From positions 1 to 64,000 of the forward strand of contig CATNEN010000014.1 in assembly GCA_950097015.1 (NCBI GenBank): a DNA stretch of 64,000 bases. Direction: 5' to 3'. The notes under the pieces were generated by a model that saw nothing but the letters and a program-made list of their open reading frames with translations, ran no database searches and was not told the DNA's origin. Positions 59,919-64,000 of this stretch are shown piece by piece. Made by a program: the position numbers and the translations under genes. Position 1 is the stretch's first letter. The number at the start of each line of letters is the position of its first letter. The DNA is from Macrostomum hystrix. Its lineage: Eukaryota; Animalia; Platyhelminthes.

Positions 59919-61600
59919 TCAGAAGACATGCTTCATGGCCTGGGCGCGAACAAAAGCAGGGCCCCCGGCAGTGTCCGGGGCGCCGGCGTCGGTAAGCAGG
60001 CAGTCGACGAAACGCCGAGTTCGCGCTTGCCCCCGCCGGTAGGGTGCCTGTGTCGTCAGCAGAAGTACCTCTTGCACGGACTGGGGGCAGTACTCCTCGG
60101 CTCGGATTAGGTGGCCTGCCAGCTGTAGCCGCCGACGGCGCAGCAGCTCGTTTGGACGGGTCAGGCCGGCGCGGCGATAGAGAGCCGCGTTGGTGGTCCG
60201 ATCATCATAGCCGAATTTGAAGGCAGCGCGCAGCAGGCCAGCGTGCGCTGCATCGACTAGACGCCCCAGCGTCTCCGTCAGCGTCCATGTCTCGGCGTTG
60301 TAAAGCAGGACGGTCTCGACCACCGCCTGGAACAACGCCGCCCTCTGACGATCAGGCAGGGCCACGGACTGCAGGACAGCTCGCACCGAGCGGAAGGCTG
60401 CCCAGGCAAGACCGCGGCGACGCCGCAGATCCTCGCGGACGTTAGGCACCAGACCGCCAAGGTAGACAAACTGCTGACAGCGCGGAAGTTCCGCCACCTG
60501 CCCGTGAGCGCCTCGGCAGAAAATTGCGGCCTCGATGTCGCCCGGCACGCAGAGCACGACGGTCTTCTGTGCGTTGACCACCAGACGGACGCTCGCCGCC
60601 GCAGCAACCAGCCTGTCCAGGTGGCGTTGGGCGCCCTGGACAGTCGAGGACAGCAGGGCGAGATCGTTGGCGTAGCTAAGCACGCTGAGCCGCCTCTCTG
60701 GTTGGCGTCGACCCACGCATCGCCGCAGCAGAAAACCGTCGTCATTAGTCGGCATGGCAGTTCGCAGCACCCAGTCTAGCACCAGAACGAACAGGAACGG
60801 CGCCAGCGTGTCCCCTTGAAGCACTCCGGAGGAAGTGTCAAAGGGATCCGATAGGCCGTCCGGTGTCATCACGGCAGCTTTGGTGTCGTGGTACATCGCC
60901 ATGACGGCGGAAACCAGCTGCTCTGGCACGTTGTAAGCGCGAAGCACCAATGGGAGCGCAGCCCTTAACACCGAGTCAAAGGCCTTCCTGAAATCTACGA
61001 AGATCAGGATCAGGATCAACTGGCGGATGTTCGCTTCCTCGATGACTCGGCGAAGAGCAAGGATCTGCGCCACTGTGCCGCGATGGGGTCGGAACCCGTT
61101 CTGCTCGGGCCGCAGGTAGAGATCCAACACGGGCTGCAACCGGGATAGCAGTATCCGGTTAAACAGCTTCGCAGCGCAGGACTGCAGGCAGATGCCTCGA
61201 TGCTCCTCTAGCTTTGTGGTGCCCGGTTTCTTCGGAATCGCGACGATGTGGGCCATGGTCAATTCGTTGGGCGCTGCCTCACCGGAAAGCACGCGATTCA
61301 TCACACTGGCGACCTCACCAGCCACACAGTGGAGCCGCAGTGCTTCGATGGGCACCTCGTCTGGACCCAGCGCTTTGCCGCCCGATGACTTTTGGGCCAG
61401 TAGTACAACATCGTCCTTGGTGACCGGTGCCACGTTGAAACTCTCTGCCGACGGTAACGGCGTCTCTGCGGCAGTCTCAGGTTGTTGGGTTGCGGAGGTG
61501 GCGGCGCGGTGACAATGGCGGCGAAGAACTCGCGCAGCTCGTTGCGGTGCTCGTCCGGAGTGTCGCCAGCCAAGTTCAGGTGGCCAAGCAGTATCAGGCA
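59919..61600 (-). mobile_element. RTE-clade LINE, 5'-truncated, RT active site altered
   Basis: KALGPDEVP, EQNGFRPHR, FVDFRKAFDS, GVLQGDTLAP, YAND instead of YADD, and LLYNAETW. Confidence 0.92.
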
Positions 61601-61779
61601 TGCATAGAGCGATATGAGAAGCAAGGCTAATTTCGCGTATTAAAAAGAGGAGTTCTCGGCTAGAAGATGTTTCCTGCCGCATTTCCCGATTTCCTGCCGC
61701 CGCTCGACAAATTGACGAAAAAAAATTCGAATCGTCTTCGACGCTGCGGCGGGGAGAGACAAAAGCTCGCTCAACTCGC

Positions 61780-63530
61780 TGATTCTCCCAGGGCCGAAGC
61801 TTCAGCGGGAGTTGTTCGACGTGCTACTTCGCTCCAGGCGACATGCGTTCGCGGTGGCTTGTGACATGTCCGAGATGTACCTCCAGATAGAAATGGCACC
61901 TGAAGACCGGCCATCAAATAGTTTTCTATGGCGTGAAATGGACACTAACAAGCCGATCCAGATGTTTGAGCTCAACCGCCTTGTCTTCGGAAACTCTAGC
62001 TCGCCGTTTCTGGCCCATTTCGTAGTCCGTGAGCACGCAGAACGACTGAAAGAGCTGCCATCAGCGGCAGACACCGTTCTAAACTCTAAACTCAAACCCT
62101 AAACTCTAAACTCTACCTACATGGACGATTGTTTGGACTTGGTTGCGTCGGAAGCTGAGGCTATCCAGCTATTTCAGGAGTTTAATACTCTCTGGGAGCC
62201 TGCAGGCATGCATCCACGCGAAGTGGATGTCCAATTCGTTTGAACTGTTGAACAGAGTACCCCCAGCAGATAGGGTAGCCGAAGGGATAACCGTAGCTGG
62301 AAGGGACGCCGATGCCATCCATCAAGACATTCGGTGTCGCATGCAGAAGCGACCAAGACGAGTACACCTTTAAGTCCGACCACACCCGGAAAGTAGCGAC
62401 AACTAAACGAGAGTTGCTCAAAACTCTAGCATCCGTAGTCGACCCGCTAGGATTTTGCACCAATCACAGTGGAGTCGAAAATCCTGCTGCAAGATCTTTG
62501 GTGTAGCGGGCGAGTGGGATGAGGAGCCGGAGCCGGAGTTGTAGGCTAGAATAACGAGATGGTGCGAAGAGCTACGGGAATTGGAACAGATCCGGGTCAA
62601 CCGCTGCCTGAAATTGTCATCGGAAACGACATCTGTCGTGCATGTCTTCGTGGAAGCATCGGAAAAAGCGTGCGGTGCTGTCAGTTTCTTCAGATGCGTT
62701 GACAACGGGACTGTTAAGTCAGTCAGCCTGGTAGCAGCCAAGTCTCGAGTAGCACCTGTGGCCACTGTCAGCATTCCTCGCCTCGAGCTCAAGGCCGCTG
62801 TGCAAGGCCGCTTGGCCGTTAAGATTGCAGCAGTACTGAAGAAAGACATCTGAGAACTTCTATTCTTGTCAGACAGCCTGAACGTTTTGTACTGGGTGAA
62901 AGGAAAAGGGCGTTTCTTCAATCCGTTTGTCGCTAACCGCATCGGAGAGATCCAGTCCATCACGGACCCAGACCAGTGGAGATATGTACCGACCGAAGTC
63001 AATCCGGCTAATGCGCTGTACCGAAGAAGTTCAGTGAAGCAGCTGATGGAGACTGAAAGCTGGTGGCATGGACCAAGTTTTTTGCAACTGGAAGAGCGTG
63101 ACTGGCCGGAGAAGGCAGAAGATGTGGAAAAAAAGCGGGCGAGTGTGCGAAGTACGTTCGTCGGCATCCAGTAGGAACCCGCTGCCGCTGTAGGTCGTCT
63201 AGACCCGACAAGATTCTCCAGCTGGATAAGACTAGTCCGGGTCTACGCCAGGGTTGCCCGATTCGCTAACAACTGTCAGCTGTCTCCAGAGGACAGAGTG
63301 CAAGGTGAACTGCTTCCAACTGAGTTTAAAGAAGCTGAGAATCTAATTATCAAGGAAGCTCAGATGGAGGGCTTCAGTGGTAAAATAATATAAGTGCTAA
63401 AGAAATGCAAGCAACTATAGGTCCAAAGTCCGTAGAGCGCGCTTAAGCCTAAATTAGACGAAGATGGCTTGATCAGGGCGGATGGCCGGTTGCAGTTATC
63501 TGAGATTCTGCCGTTTAGTGCACGAGTACC
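61780..63530 (+). pseudogene. BEL/Pao pol fragment (RT, RNase H, start of integrase region), heavily frameshifted
   Basis: CDMSEMYLQI, FGNSSSPF, YMDD, AAKSRVAP/SIPRLEL and NPANALYR. Confidence 0.88.
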
Positions 63531-64000
63531 GAGTCCCGCTGGGACCCAACTCCGACCTTTATCTTTAAACGGTCCGACACAAAGAAACAGAAAATCGGGT
63601 CGATTTATTCCCGATTTTTTAATTCTCAAAACGTCGGTATCGTCGGGTCGATTTTCGTCGGTAGAAAGTAGCAAGAAAAGAAAAAAAACTGTTTAAAATT
63701 CATCATCGTGCGATTTTTAACGGTTTTTGTCCGACAGAAACTAAAAAATCGGCCTGGAAATGTCGACCACTCATCGATTTTGTAAAAAACCTTAACGACA
63801 ACTCCCACTTTAACCCGAAATAACTTGGACTTTCATTTGTGGAGAAATGGGCCGGTGTATACCCCTCCGATTTTCATCGACATTCAACTGTGTCAATCGG
63901 ACCAACTTTTGCACGACCTCCGCACGGAATTTCCAGCCCGACTTTCACCGACATTCATCTGTCGGACCAATATGATGACGACTGTCGCATGGAATTTGAC

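Overview
Eukaryotic, TE-dense, telomere-associated region from an invertebrate with TTAGGG telomeres. A free-living flatworm such as Macrostomum is plausible, but that is inference. The left end holds a 5-kb near-perfect (CCCTAA)n array that is internal to the window and joined in the 'wrong' polarity to a truncated SINE. Next come a ~1-kb pyrimidine-rich segment carrying a Penelope-type minimal hammerhead ribozyme and a second short (CCCTAA)n tract, an architecture resembling telomere-attached Penelope-like retroelements. Positions 10.5-31.6 kb form a ~4.9-kb inverted duplication around an 11.2-kb spacer containing Gypsy fragments and a full-length BEL/Pao element. Host genes are a 4-exon myophilin/transgelin-like gene and most of a CAPS/CADPS (unc-31) gene. 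One CADPS coding exon is split by an intact 6-kb LOA/R1-like LINE whose ends could allow in-frame splicing-out. Also present: a MULE with a 9-bp TSD, a foldback MITE, RTE and L2-like LINE remnants, two SINE families, and 14 copies of TACTCGTA/TACGAGTA, the known Minos-type excision footprint. All coordinates and counts were read by eye.
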